Shown: in pieces, positions 11,031 through 23,420 of the stretch
Layout: the number at the start of each line of letters is the position of its first letter
Position numbering within the stretch: position 1 is the stretch's first letter
Assembly: GCF_964355755.1 (NCBI RefSeq)
Contig: NC_092673.1
Coordinates: 11,752,948 to 11,816,947 of the forward strand
Length of the DNA: 64,000 bases
Source: Antedon mediterranea
Lineage: Eukaryota; Animalia; Echinodermata
Direction of reading: 5' to 3'
Made by a program: the position numbers and the translations under genes
The notes under the pieces: model-generated
Told to the model about the DNA's origin: nothing
Databases searched by the model: none
What the model saw: only the letters and a program-made list of their open reading frames with translations

Positions 11031-12847
11031 ATACAGCTCTGGAATGAATTTTGCATAGAAATAATGTTGTATGTGAAACTAAAAGTAAATGTGAAAAAAT
11101 CAATATAACATAAATACATGCACAAAACAAAACAACAATCCACAGCATAATAATGAAAGTAAATAGCAGTGTATGATGATTACAACCAAGGCTTATGGAT
11201 GGAGGCATTGGGGAATGTGCCCTGCTGATGTTCTTGAGGTGAGGGTGGATGTGTACAGTAGCTGTCGATGTGAAGAGAGGGTACGTCGTCAACCAGAGTA
11301 ACCAAGTCTTGCAGTCTTGTTGGCTGAAACCTGAATGGCCAGCTTTAGGATGTTGTGCAGGATGCAGAGGCTGTGCTGGCTGCTGTCTTCCAGCAAACAT
11401 TTGGTCAAACATTGATAGCATTTGCATCTGCCTTTCATGTGCTCTCTCCTCATCTCGCCGCTTTTCCTTATCCTCTTCTTTTTGTTTTCTGTCTTCATAT
11501 GTGAACATGTTCTGTTGTAGTTGCAACTGGTTGGCGTGATTGATCTCTCCAAATTCTTTACTGATTTTCGTCAACGAATTGGAGAACCCTGCCACTACTT
11601 CTTCTGTTTTTGCTTTCTTTCTACCTATAAAAAAACACATTTTTAGATATATTTTCATATCTTCATGATTCCCGCCACTTTGTGGTTGTTTTTATATTTA
11701 TATGTTTTTTGTCAGTAAAGAACAAGAACTAATTTAATCTCAACAATCCAACATTTTTTTTATATAATAGCAATCGTGCACTCTTTTTATTGCTTCACAT
11801 AAAACTTGAAACCATATTTTAACAAAAATAATACTGTACATACTTTTCACAACAGTTTGCGACTGCCTCTTTGCCTCAGTTGTGTTGGGCATCTTTCTCT
11901 TTTTATTACCACCTGAAGCACCAGCAGTACCTTAAAAAAAAACAATTGATTTACCCAATCCTTTAATTTTTCATATAAGCTTTGCATGTTAAGTTGAAGA
12001 AATGCAACTAATTATCAATAGTATAATCATTCATAACATTATAACATATATAAATGTTTTACTCTTACCTTCTAAAAATTCCTCCGTGGCCACGTTAAGT
12101 TGTAGTTTATTTTGCTCATCCTGTAGAAAGTCTAATAGGCTGTCATTTTCTTCAATGTCTTCAAAATCTAAATTTAGAGCATTAAAGGATTAGTATATAT
12201 TTGACCTGTGTTTTTTAATAATACAAAAACAATTATCATTTGAATGATCGCTGAATATCCCAAGAGCTTGCATATGATTCTGAATATGATCTCCCTGCTG
12301 TTATTCATTCCTAATTTCGTAGGTCCGTATAAAATGAATAGATTGACAGTTAAAATTGGCATCCCTAAAATTAATTTATGAACTACTTTTTAAGTATCTA
12401 ATCTATTTTTGACAGACTATTAAATATTACTAATATTAAATATATATGTTTTTGTTAGGACACCTCTTTTTGAAAACTCTAGCTTATATAATATAAAATA
12501 TAACATGACTGAATAAATGCATACCTGCTGCTGATGCTTCACTGCCAGCTGTTATGTCAGGTCGATGAAAGTCAGTTCGTCCATCGTGTAGCGGATTTCT
12601 TTAGGCTTACTGACTGACTGGCCTATCTCCAAAAATATCATCCATTTCTGGGAAAAAAACCCAGTCGGTAGGTGGATTCCCAGACTTGTTGTTTTCGTCT
12701 TTAGCCGATGTGTATTGGCGCCGTAGGTTTTTGCATTTGTTAATCACCTGCTTTGACGTAAATTTAAAACCCATTTCTGTAAGTTTTTCTGTTATCTCCG
12801 CATACACCGAACTATTTCGACGGGTACTGTCAAAGCCGCTTTTAGTC
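11005..12847 (-). pseudogene. Harbinger accessory Myb/SANT (trihelix/MADF-like) DNA-binding protein gene, multi-exon, 5'-truncated
   Basis: VYAEITEKLTEMGFKFTSKQVINKCKNLRRQY..NNKSGN...WVFFPEMDDIFGDRP is a Myb/SANT-like domain. The downstream exon has a charged coiled coil (EDRKQKEEDKEKRRDEERAHERQMQML). In-frame stop at 12607-12609. Confidence 0.8.
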
Positions 12848-13385
12848 TAGGACCTGGGTCAGATTTGTATACATTTATCTCAACTGTTATAGGATAATTT
12901 GACCCCAACGAACAAAATGGAATGTGTACCAAATTCGCTATCCGGGACGAACATTCCCAAAATCGGGTTCGGTCTAACACAACTTTTAGCGAAAAAATGA
13001 CCGGAAATGCTTTCACTGACCTTTGACCCAAAAATGACAAAAAAACACATTTTCGGGTTAAATTATTCTTTAAAATGCCAATGGACAAACTGTATGGTAT
13101 CAAATGAAATATGCACATTTTTAACAAAATTAGCATCATAATTACAGATTTTTAATACAAGTTGGGTAGCAATGGATAGAATATTTTATGGGCTTTCATT
13201 TGATACCAAAATCATAAAACTAGTCATATAATTATATAATTCATAATTATATGAAGTTTATATATGAATGAAGCAACTACTTTTTAATTACAAAATAAAT
13301 AGGTCCACTGGTCACGTCTAACTGGTAGCCCTAGCCTAGTATTTACTATTAGTGGATCCCGTATTAGTAGGCATCTAGGCTAGTT

Positions 13386-13530
13386 CGCCGTGGCGCAGGC
13401 TATGAAATGATCCATCGCTGTTGATAACTATAGAGTCGCCGATTACCTCGCTCTGGGCATGCGAACTAGCGTGGGAATAACGCTGGGCAGTTGAGTTCCG
13501 GTGCCGGAATCCTAACCACGGCGTAGTTTT
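13386..13530 (+). ncRNA. tRNA/vault-like Pol III-type structured sequence (putative)
   Basis: Terminal 8-bp stem cgccgtgg...ccacggcg, A-box-like TGGCGCAGGC, degenerate B-box (GGAATCC), internal hairpin tagcgt...acgctg, followed by a T-run. Confidence 0.3.
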
Positions 13531-13893
13531 TAATATGTTTTGATTTCGATTTTACTGTAGTATTTAGTTTAGTTGTATTGTAGTTTAAAATGTTTTAATT
13601 CCGATTGTATTGTAGTATTTAGGATTTTCTAATTTTGAATACGATTGTACTAAAATTTAATGTGTTTAAATCCAGATAGGCCTAGGCATAACATAGGCTA
13701 GTATAGTATAGTAGTATTTAATTAATATGTTTTAATTTTGATTATACTGTAGGGTTTAGTTTTTATATATAGTAAGTAAGTAACCTATACTTATATAGGC
13801 CTAGTTAATATAGTAATTTAGTTGGCCTAGCCATACATACATAGCCTAGGCCTAGCTATATAATATAGGCCTATCCTACTAGCTAGGCGGCCC

Positions 13894-16800
13894 TGTCACG
13901 CCAAATGAGGTACCACTGCCAAATGAGGTACCGCACTTAATTTGGTGTCTAAGGTGCCAAATTTGGTACTATTGCAAAATGAAGTTCTGTTGTAATTTTG
14001 TAAAATACAGTTTATATAAAACAAACATATTTAAGCCAGTATTAAACTACAATATGTATTCTGTGTTGTTACGCCTGTTATTAGATTCAAGATATTTCAT
14101 TAAATTAAATATAAAGCAGAAAATAGTTATCCTTTTTTGATTTTCGTCGAATAGATCAAAGCGGAAGTGCTTCGGTCATGGTCCGCAAATTATATGATAC
14201 GCCTTGTGTGCCAAAATGTTTTTACTGCTTTTAGATGAATCACCGCGTGTATAGTTAAAACCAATAGATTGTGCTGCAGTGCAGATTGTCTGTACAGTAA
14301 TGTGGGCTGTCTGCTTGGGGGTCTGTCTATCAAGGTACCACATTTCGACGAAGCCAATTTAATATTTTCATTTTGTTTTAATATCTGTAGAATGCATCGT
14401 CATTTATTCTGAAGCTAATACTGTAGGCCTATATACCGTAATCAGGCGGTATTATTAAGGCTAGCTCACGTACAGCAGAATTCACGTAGAATTATGTGGT
14501 GTTGTTGCTTGATTGTAAATTGCCCAGATTCTTCATTAGAAAAGAACTGATCAATTTGAATTGAATTAAGGTTAATTCTAGAACTGATATTAAGGAGTCT
14601 TTAGAACAGATATTAAGATGTCCTCTATAAACGGAGTCCTCGCAAACTCATATAAGAGGTCCTCTTGTAAAATCAGGTTCCCGTTGAATTTATTTTAGAT
14701 AAGTAACTAAATTATCATGGATTTCGTACCCACCATTCCATCGATAGCTTTTTTTTCTCTTTTGTGGCGCAAACACCACTTTTATCCACATTCATATATT
14801 ATCTCATGTCATTACATAAAATCATATTATTTAACACCTTTGTTAATTCCCAATGTCGTTACAATTCATCAGTAACATTTTTACATTTATGAATTCCGTA
14901 TTGTCTCCTATTTTCATTAATGTTCTTCGTTTTAAAATATTTTACACATAAAGAATTTGTGAGATTTTCAATTATTTGTTTTAATTTTACAACCCGGATT
15001 ATACAATGTATTTATTACAAGATAAACGAATTAAATCAGATCAGCAGCACCTGTAACTCGTATCACAGTGAATTCCTTTTCTGATAAACGAGCAAATTAG
15101 AATTTATATTAACATAATAGTATTTCTTAAAGCTACAGGTACCCATTTTTCTATACTTGTTTCTTTATTGTTATATCTTTCACATTCAATGTTAAGCATA
15201 TTGCTTTCCTTTTGAAAGAATTCCATAAAGATTTACCCACTGGCTTATTTAATGCTGATTTATTCTATAAATAGTGAAGGCTGCAAATGTGTAAATATAG
15301 GCCTAATCTACTATTTCATCGATATAACTAATTAAATTACTGTATGTCAATAAATAAAAAATATTAACTTACAGAGCATCCCACTCTCATCACCCCACAA
15401 AGTATAAAAGTGTATGCATGTTCCATATTATGTACGACGTATGAATTGATGGAACGAACAATCGAGATGAAAATAACGCATGCAATCTCCATTGCAAAAT
15501 TAGGTTCCATTTAAGTATAAATTCTAATATTCCCGACCTCAAAATAATTAGTGTTATAACTACGGTAACTGTATTAGCTTCCTAGAATTTCGTCCACCCC
15601 TCCGAACATGTTTTCAACATCGTATGAACAAACAAGGTGACCGACTTCATTGCAAAATTAGGTTCCATTGCATTATTGCGAATTTAAGGTTGTTTCTGAC
15701 TTCGAAGTAATACTTACTTAGAATTTCGCTCACCACCCCATTCTTATCCAAACTTGTTTCCCACATCGTAATATGAACAAACGAGATGACGACTTTATTG
15801 CAAAATTACGTTCAATTATTTGCGAATTCACGTTGTGTTCCCAACCTTAAAATAACTGTATCATGTACAGTATTTAGCTTGATTAGAATTTCGCTCACCA
15901 CATTCCCATCCAAACTGTTTCTCACATCAATATGAACAAATGAGATGACAACTTCATTGCACAATTATGATCCATTATTGCGAATTTATGTTCAAATGTA
16001 AAAGTACCAGCTGAATAAAATATCTAACATATTGCAAAATTAGTCTCTATTATTGGGAATGTTTCCGACATCAAATATTGTTAAAACTTGATGAAAATGC
16101 TGAACTAATTAGGTACCATTATTTATTTGTGATATGCATGTTCAACTGTTACATTCTATTACGGTACGTGACATGAAAAGATTGATAACAAGAGAGAACA
16201 AGGCAATATCTCATCTTTATTGCAAAATTTGGTTCCATTATCTAAATGTTTCCGACCTTTAGGCCTACCATCCCTTATTTATTTATTATAGGTCACACAC
16301 ACATGTGTAACAAATGAGATGATGAAATTATAACGAATATCCAACTAACAATTTGCGACTTAGGTTCGCCATAGTATTGCGAATTTATGTTTTAATGTTT
16401 CAGACATCAAAGGAAATATAGTGTTATACTGTAGGTATAATAAGTGACAAAAATGTGATCATGTAACTAATATTTCTAAAGAACTTATAAATAAAAAACA
16501 TAGGCCTAAATAACATTGGTCATATACATTAAAAAAACGGAATTGATTAAATAGTATAAGCAATGTTAAACAAAAAAATATATATAATAATCAGTAGAAT
16601 AACAGGATACATTCATATTCAACGAATAATCATTTTAATTTGAAAACATAAACATAGAAATTCATAAAACCGAACAAAATAATAACGGGAATAATGTATC
16701 GACGAAAGGAACGTCAAATCAAAATATTACTAGAAAATAATGCAGCAATAGCGTCCCATAACTCAAACACTAAACGCTTTAGCGCCAAAGGCAAATTGTC

Positions 16801-17215
16801 CCAGACCATGTCCGCATATTAACATGCAGACGTGACTTCAGACACTTTCCTTTGGCGCTAAAACGAGTAGTCTTCTTTTCCAGCTGCTTAGAAAGGGGTC
16901 GGTAGGCTTCCCATCATGCATTTCGAGTTTTCTAGATTTTTCGATGAACAGTGCCTAACGTTTTACACTAAAATAGTAAATTTTCGTCGTATGTTTCAGT
17001 TACAATGGTTTAATTTCATACAATGAGTAAAGGTTATTAGGTTAGAAATGGTCCGGTTAATAATTTTCAGTTTGTGTTTATTTGGAAATAAGTAATATCA
17101 ATATTTATAACACGATTAGCTCGCCAGAAACCTGCTGCCAAATTAAGTGACCTAGCCTTGTGCGATACAGGCCACGCGAACCTCATTTGGCAATGTCACT
17201 TCATTTGGCGTTACA
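13894..17215. mobile_element. 3.3-kb non-coding TIR element with TGT...ACA ends (Ginger-like, family uncertain)
   Basis: Imperfect TIRs tgtcacgccaaatgaggtaccactgccaaatgagg / cctcatttggcaatgtcacttcatttggcgttaca, 5-bp TSD GGCCC (13889-13893, 17216-17220), no ORF of 60 aa or more. Confidence 0.7.
15440..16400. repeat. Degenerate ~150-bp tandem repeat inside the TGT..ACA element
   Basis: atgaacaaa.gagatgac..cttcattgcaaaattaggttccatt recurs near 15624, 15774 and 15932, with more divergent copies on both sides. Confidence 0.7.
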
Positions 17216-17639
17216 GGCCCTATAGGCCTAGCTAGCTAGTAGAGTAGGCACACAGGGATACAGACAGGCAGCACAAACCTGATATGAATTCGGCTCCGTT
17301 GAAAGCATTTTATTGTTACGAGATAGGCGTTGTAAAATCTTATGACACTTTTTCAGACAAAAACCTCGTCCATGCATGACAAAATTTATCTCAAAACGTA
17401 GTAAGTAATAAATACTGGTACTGAGTAGGTGGGAAGAGTTATTGTTGCTTCGGTTCACTGCCTTTTTGTTTTATTTTCGCGTTCCCCCGGCCCACATGTG
17501 TCATCAAAGAGATGTAATAAGCCGAAGGCTAGAGGGCGTACTCCAGACTGAAAAATGATTCCAAAATGCGTTTAAATGTGTTTATACGCTTAACATGCGC
17601 TGCGCGTTGCGTATCGTTCTCAGGCAGTTAGGCTCAAAA

Positions 17640-17720
17640 CAGCTCAGGCGTGCAGTGCGTACTGCGTAGGGCATCTGATTGGTCGATTGCAGCCGCCATC
17701 TTGTTGGTTCCCTCTCCATG
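17640..17720 (+). promoter_or_regulatory. Putative SETD6 core promoter
   Basis: GC/CpG-richer patch about 200 bp upstream of the ATG, with an inverted CCAAT box (ATTGG 17678-17682) and a YY1-like CCGCCATCTT (17693-17702). Confidence 0.45.
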
Positions 17721-17894
17721 GAGAATCACTTTTTGAACTGCAATAACATTGTAGTTTGCCTTCCGGCAATTATCATTGGTTTACATACGACATGTTGCAG
17801 CATCCGACGTTGAGGGGGGCACTGTAAATTTTAAAAAAACACATGTTTCCAACAAAAATTTGGTCTTGCTGCGTAAAGAAGAGGTGTGTTATAA

Positions 17895-19217
17895 ATGGCT
17901 TCATATCCTAAAAAACAACGCATGTCTGCAGATTCGTGTCTTGAAACGTTTATAAGCTGGTGTGAAACAAATGGATTCAATCTGAATCGCAAAGTTAGTG
18001 TGAAAGCAGCAGCAAGGTCGGAAGATGAAGTTACTCCATGGTCTGAGAATGTAGTGGCTGAATTGGGAATGATGGCTATTGCAGACTTAGACAAGGGTGA
18101 AGAATTGTTCAGGATACCAAGAAAGTTACTTATTCATCCAAAAACATCACATATATCGGAAACAATTGAAATAAATAAAGATAAGCTAAAAGGTGAAAGC
18201 GGTTGGGTACCCTTGTTAATTACACTGATGTTTGAATATACTTTTTCAGAATCTTCTTGGCGATCATATTTAGACCTCTGTGTTGATCACCATGTGTATA
18301 ACTTGCCCATGTTTTGGTCGTTTGAACAACTTGGACAATTAAAAGGCACAGGTATCAATGAGGAAGTTAATCGTGATCTTGAAAATATTGCAACCGAGTT
18401 CGATACAATTGTTCTTCCATTTCTTAAAGAACATTCAACAATGTTCAATACGGATGTACATACATTTGAACTGTACAAGAAAATGGTGGCATTTGTTATG
18501 TCATATAGCTTCACAGAACCACCAAATGATGTTGATAGACCACCAACACCCCCAATGATGGTACCAATGGCTGACATATTAAACCATGTATCAAAACACA
18601 ATGCTTGCTTAGAATTTGATCAAGACTGTCTTAGAATGGTAACAACTTGTAAAATCAATGCAGGAGAGGAAGTGTATAACACATATGGGGAGCTTTCCAA
18701 TTCACAGCTTCTCCACATGTATGGCTTTGCAGAAAAACCATCCGATAATGTCTTTGATGTTGTTGAGTTCACATCCGACGACTTGTTTGATCAAGCTAAA
18801 TTGATGAAAGAAGTTAAAATAGAGCTATTAGATGAAAAGATGTTGCTTCTTGGGAAAGAGGAAACATTTGTTGTGGGAAATGAAGGCATATTAACAGAAG
18901 ATGAAATTAACTTGAACCTTAAAGTTCTCTTTATGCCAGCAGAGGAATTTAAGAATTATAAAAGAAACAATGGTTGGATGTCTGATGATGATGAGGATAT
19001 CAATTTTGATTTTGACCACTTAAAGGAACTACCAAACTTATGGAAAATCCTTTTAGCTTCTGTAGCTAAAGAGTGTTTAGCAAGATACCATAATATCCAA
19101 AATGAAGATGCTGAATTTCAAAACAATAAAATCTGTTTTGTTTATGTTGGTTATGTGAAAGAAGGACAGATTAAATTGTTGCAAAGTTTGCTAAGTTCTC
19201 TCAATATAGGAATATAA
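17895..19217 (+). CDS. SETD6: N-lysine methyltransferase SETD6 (SET plus Rubisco-LSMT substrate-binding domains), single exon
   Basis: Intact 440-aa ORF with SETD6 motifs GEELFRIPR, SGWVPLL, LPMFW, MVAFVMSYSFTEP, PPMMVPMADILNH and GEEVYNTYGELSNSQLLHMYGF. Confidence 0.93.
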   Translation: MASYPKKQRMSADSCLETFISWCETNGFNLNRKVSVKAAARSEDEVTPWSENVVAELGMMAIADLDKGEELFRIPRKLLIHPKTSHISETIEINKDKLKGESGWVPLLITLMFEYTFSESSWRSYLDLCVDHHVYNLPMFWSFEQLGQLKGTGINEEVNRDLENIATEFDTIVLPFLKEHSTMFNTDVHTFELYKKMVAFVMSYSFTEPPNDVDRPPTPPMMVPMADILNHVSKHNACLEFDQDCLRMVTTCKINAGEEVYNTYGELSNSQLLHMYGFAEKPSDNVFDVVEFTSDDLFDQAKLMKEVKIELLDEKMLLLGKEETFVVGNEGILTEDEINLNLKVLFMPAEEFKNYKRNNGWMSDDDEDINFDFDHLKELPNLWKILLASVAKECLARYHNIQNEDAEFQNNKICFVYVGYVKEGQIKLLQSLLSSLNIGI

Positions 19218-19629
19218 TTTGTTCTGTGTAAGATTGTTCTAGATAAGTGTACTGTATATCAATTATAAAAAAAAACCAATCGTAGAATTGTAAGGTATAT
19301 TTGTATTTAATCTAGAATGAAACAAAAATGATCATGTTACTGGAGATGTCTGAAAGGGAGCTTAAATCTTGATGATCATGTGAATGGCAAAATTACCACA
19401 TTGCACTTCCGTTGCTTCCTGGTGGAAACCAAGATTTAGGTTCCTTATAAATGCAATGTTTTAGCATCCATATCATGTTCAAAGAAAAAAATTTAATGTT
19501 GATGTGTAAAATAAATGGAATATCAAAATGTTATTGCCAAATGTTCAATTTTGTCTAAACTTCAATTATTAATATGGAGCTTTCAAGACCAAGAACCGAC
19601 GACCTAGGTAAATCCAATTGATGTTTCTT

Positions 19630-20660
19630 TGAGGAACCTCTATGGAACGCCTTCTTCGGCTCTTTCACCAATTTATACGGCACTTTTACCATTACGTTCG
19701 GCACTTTTACCATTTTATATGGCTCTTTCATCGTTCAGTGCTATTTGGCCCTTTTACCATTACGTTCAGTGCTTTCATCATTCGGTGCTTTTACCTTTCG
19801 GCCTTTTTACGTCTCAACAAATATGACCGATGACATCGGGTCAAATGAAAAAAATTACATGGAGCATAGTCGAAACTTGCCCAACAAAAGTACATGCAAG
19901 TACATGAGTTCGAGGCAGGTTTGTTTCCACTAGGCAAATTTGTTGGGTCAAAAATATTGTGCAACCAATCAAAAATGATGATTTTTCGATTCAGGCAAAT
20001 ATATTCTATATTTTACACATTTTCTCTCTTTCGTTGAAGGCGAATATATTCACCCGAATCGAAAAATCTCAAGTTTTGATTGCTGAAAACACCTATTGGT
20101 GAAAACAACAATCTGGCTCGGACTTGATGTGTCGCATGGGCAAGTTCGACTTGGCTTTAATTTTTTTCCTTTGACCCGATGTCAGATGGTTACAGTTGTG
20201 GGAGGTGCTGGTCAACCCATACCCAAACCAACCAGTTTAAATTATTTTTTTTTATTTTACATGTCTGGGGGAAAATGTGTACCAATAAAAATGAAATATC
20301 TTTTAATTTTAGGCATATTTATTTGTTGTTCTACTTGTTTTCTTCACTCTACTGTACCTCACTCACTCTCACTCGCTCAATCTTTTCATCTTAACGTGTC
20401 TTCCTCTTCTGTGCTTGACATTAAAACTGCCCTTAAGATGTAACCTATAATTTATTACACTTATATTAATTATTATAATAACTTTTCGGTAAAAGTGTCG
20501 AACGTACTGGTAAAAGAGCTGTATAAAATGGTTAAAGAGCCAAATGGTAAAAGTGCCGAATGTAATGGTAGCGCTGTATAAAATGGTATAAAAGAGCTGT
20601 TTAAAATGGCTCTTTCACCATATGGTAAAGGGCTGAATAGTAAAAGTTCCATAAACCTCC
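19630..20660. mobile_element. Foldback-like DNA element with inverted arrays of ~21-bp repeats, containing two nested MITEs
   Basis: cggcacttttaccatt.. arrays at 19655-19810 are mirrored by ..aatggtaaaagtgccg arrays at 20485-20650. Inner TIR pair tgacatcgggtcaaa (19831) / tttgacccgatgtca (20184). Innermost palindromic MITE at about 19916-20110. Confidence 0.65.
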
Positions 20661-20943
20661 ATGGTTGGATGTTATTTAGGAAGAGGGAATTACAGATAGG
20701 TGTAGGATCATATGGTAGCGTGACGATTCGGCCCTGAGACAATTCGGCACACTTATATTTATCGGCTTTGCATATGCATTTTCTTTTTTTAAATGGTCAC
20801 ATGATGAGATCAAAATTTGAGCATCACACTTCTGTCACTCATTCCAATAATGCAAATTAGCTTAAATATGCAAATTAGGGTAAAATTACAGGGTTACTAT
20901 CCCAAAAACTACTACTTGTCAGAGAGAGTTGATTTTGTCACTG

Positions 20944-21734
20944 ATTTATTCAGAATGTATATATTTATATTTGCTTTAATGAAACAATTTACCGGAAGAC
21001 CGGAAGTACAACATTTAACCCTCAACCCCATTTCTCAATGTTTGCATACATAAAGTGACTAAAATGTCTGTTGAGACTTTGTTTTGACCTCAAAGACTCA
21101 GATACAGATTCAAATAGCCAGCGTAGGACCACTTTGTAATTCCTAAAATCACACCTTTGTCACACACCTCCAAAAGTATGCAAATTAGTAGTACAAGTTA
21201 AATAAAATAAGGGGTGAATTTACAGTTGTTGATTTTTTCAGAGCCGTATCTATATAAATATAATAATTCACGAATGCTAAAGATGTAAACATTTGACCCT
21301 TGACCCTATTTCCCATTGTGACTAAAATATCTGTAGAGATTTATTCAGAATGTATATATTTATATTTGCTTTAATGAAACAATTTACCGGAAGACCGGAA
21401 GTACAACATTTAACCCTCAACCCCATTTCTCAATGTTTGCATACATAAAGTGACTAAAATGTCTGTTGAGACTTTGTTTTGACCTCAAAGACTCAGATAC
21501 AGATTCAAATAGCCAGCGTAGGACCACTTTGTAATTCCTAAAATCACACCTTTGTCACACACCTCCAAAAGTATGCAAATTAGTAGTACAAGTACAATAA
21601 GGGGTGAATTTACAGTTGTTGATTTTTTCAGAGCCGTATCTATATAAATATAATCATTCACGAATGCTAAAGATGTAAACATTTGACCCTTGACCCTATT
21701 TCCCATTGTGACTAAAATATCTGTAGAGATTTAT
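20944..21734. repeat. ~395-bp near-perfect tandem duplication
   Basis: A unit starting atttattcagaatgtatatatt occurs at 20944 and 21339; the copies differ mainly by a small indel (agttaaataaaataagggg vs agtacaataagggg). Confidence 0.9.
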
Positions 21735-23130
21735 TTTTTGCCTAAAATGAATGTGCAAATTATTTATATAAAGCAAATTACAGTGTTGCCATCTCGAAAA
21801 ACGCTAATGATAGAAATAATGGCAAACTTGATATGAGAAAGAAGAAAAATGAGCTAAATGTCTGTATAAATTGCACTTATACGTTCAAAATGTCAGGCCT
21901 AAAAAGAATATCCCTGTCAATGCAATATGTTGTTATTGTCAATAGAATAGTAATGCAATGTCAATCGTTAAAGCAAGGTTTAGAAATTGGACTGCATGAG
22001 TAAAATTTTTCCCCTGATACATTAACTAATAAAAGGTACAAAATATTAATTTTACTTTTGGTCATTTTCAAACAAGATATTTAATTAGTTAGAATATAAA
22101 TATACATGTTAAGAATAGAATTAAATTGTGCATAATTTCACTTCACCACAACCATTCGTTATGTAGATATGGTAAAAAGTAAACAAAATGGTGCATTAAA
22201 GCAAATAGAAACATATACATTGTAAACAATTTAACACCAAAATTAAATCTATATCTATATATCCACTAATTACAACGATACAGCATGTTAATATTTTTAA
22301 TAGTGGCTATTTTGTTTATACTAACATCCATATTCTGATGGGCTTCAAATCAAATTTCAGAAAGATAAAAAAAAACTACAGGCCACATTGCAACATGTAG
22401 CAATGTTAGGCCCCTTGGCTAAAATACCAACTGATAATGGTATACTCTACAATCAATAAATACTTATTTTAGTATATCCTATCTTATTACTATAATATCA
22501 ATTATTCTACAGCCCTAAAATATTACAAATCCCAAGTACTTTAAAATGTACTATAACCTGATATTAGAAAAAATATGGTGGCCATTTTGAAATATACAGT
22601 AGCAAAACCCACTTATAATAACAATTTGGTTGGGGTTACTTAAAAAAAAATTTCATGTCATAAGACAGGATAGGATCAAAAAGTGCATGTTTTTTCGCGC
22701 TAAGAACCTACTAAGAATGAGAAAGAGATGTGGTATTTACGGTATGCCAATAATATTTATATATTAAAATTTATTTTATAAAGTTCAATCCAATTGATCA
22801 TAACTTAAATACCTGCCATTGATCTATTTTAAACTCTAAGCCATTTGTTTACAAAATGTACTTATTTACACTATAGATTTGAAGCTAAAAGTTATAGGCA
22901 AGTACGTCGTCAGAATTCACAATTCAAAGAGCATTTAAAACAAATTTATTTTAAATGTTTTTTTCATTAAGTTGTGATCATATTTAGACCAAAATTAACA
23001 TTGTAGTATTTTCAGATAAATTATACATTTTTGTTTGGTTGCAAAGATTTGGCTATAAGTGTAAAGAATCTGGTTGTTGACATATTAACCCTGCAATATC
23101 TCTGGAGTGCTGTTTGTGATGTAGGTTTAC

Positions 23131-23420
23131 TTATATACTTTCTTCTCTGTCACATTCAATTCTTGTTGCAAGACCTGACATCATTTCTAGGGATGCAGAT
23201 TTAACTTGTTGATTGGCTATGAGTACCAGATCATGAGGCTTTGTTGGTTTTATAGAGGCCATAGATTGTTGAGATACATTGGATTGTAAAGATATATTTA
23301 TAGATATCATGGATTGTGACGGAAGCAGATCTAACATGCCAGATGATTCCGTTAATTGTTGTGATACTTTTGGTACACAATCAACAATCATCCACAGCTG
23401 TTGTAAGTCATAGTGTTGTC
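23131..23420 (-). CDS. KIF14: KIF14 last coding exon (TAA at 23131-23133)
   Basis: CAG acceptor at 23421-23423; reads [16 protein letters not shown]...DREESI*; phase fits the preceding exon. Confidence 0.65.

Larger units (their letters stand above)
6820..12847. mobile_element. Decayed PIF/Harbinger transposon (convergent transposase and Myb/SANT genes) with nested insertions; right end missing
   Basis: HARBI1-like transposase remnants on + (8817-10722) face a Myb/SANT gene on - (11005-12847), the canonical Harbinger layout. Putative left terminus aggtcgtgtttatac near 6820; no matching right terminus found. Confidence 0.75.

Noticed and set aside
19629-19933. Short ORFs on all three forward frames
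   Set aside because: By-products of a 21-bp repeat array in a transposon end.
23020-23130. KIF14 C-terminal extension by readthrough or alternative donor
   Set aside because: Short open frames follow the TAA, but I see no recognisable homology; RNA-seq would be needed.
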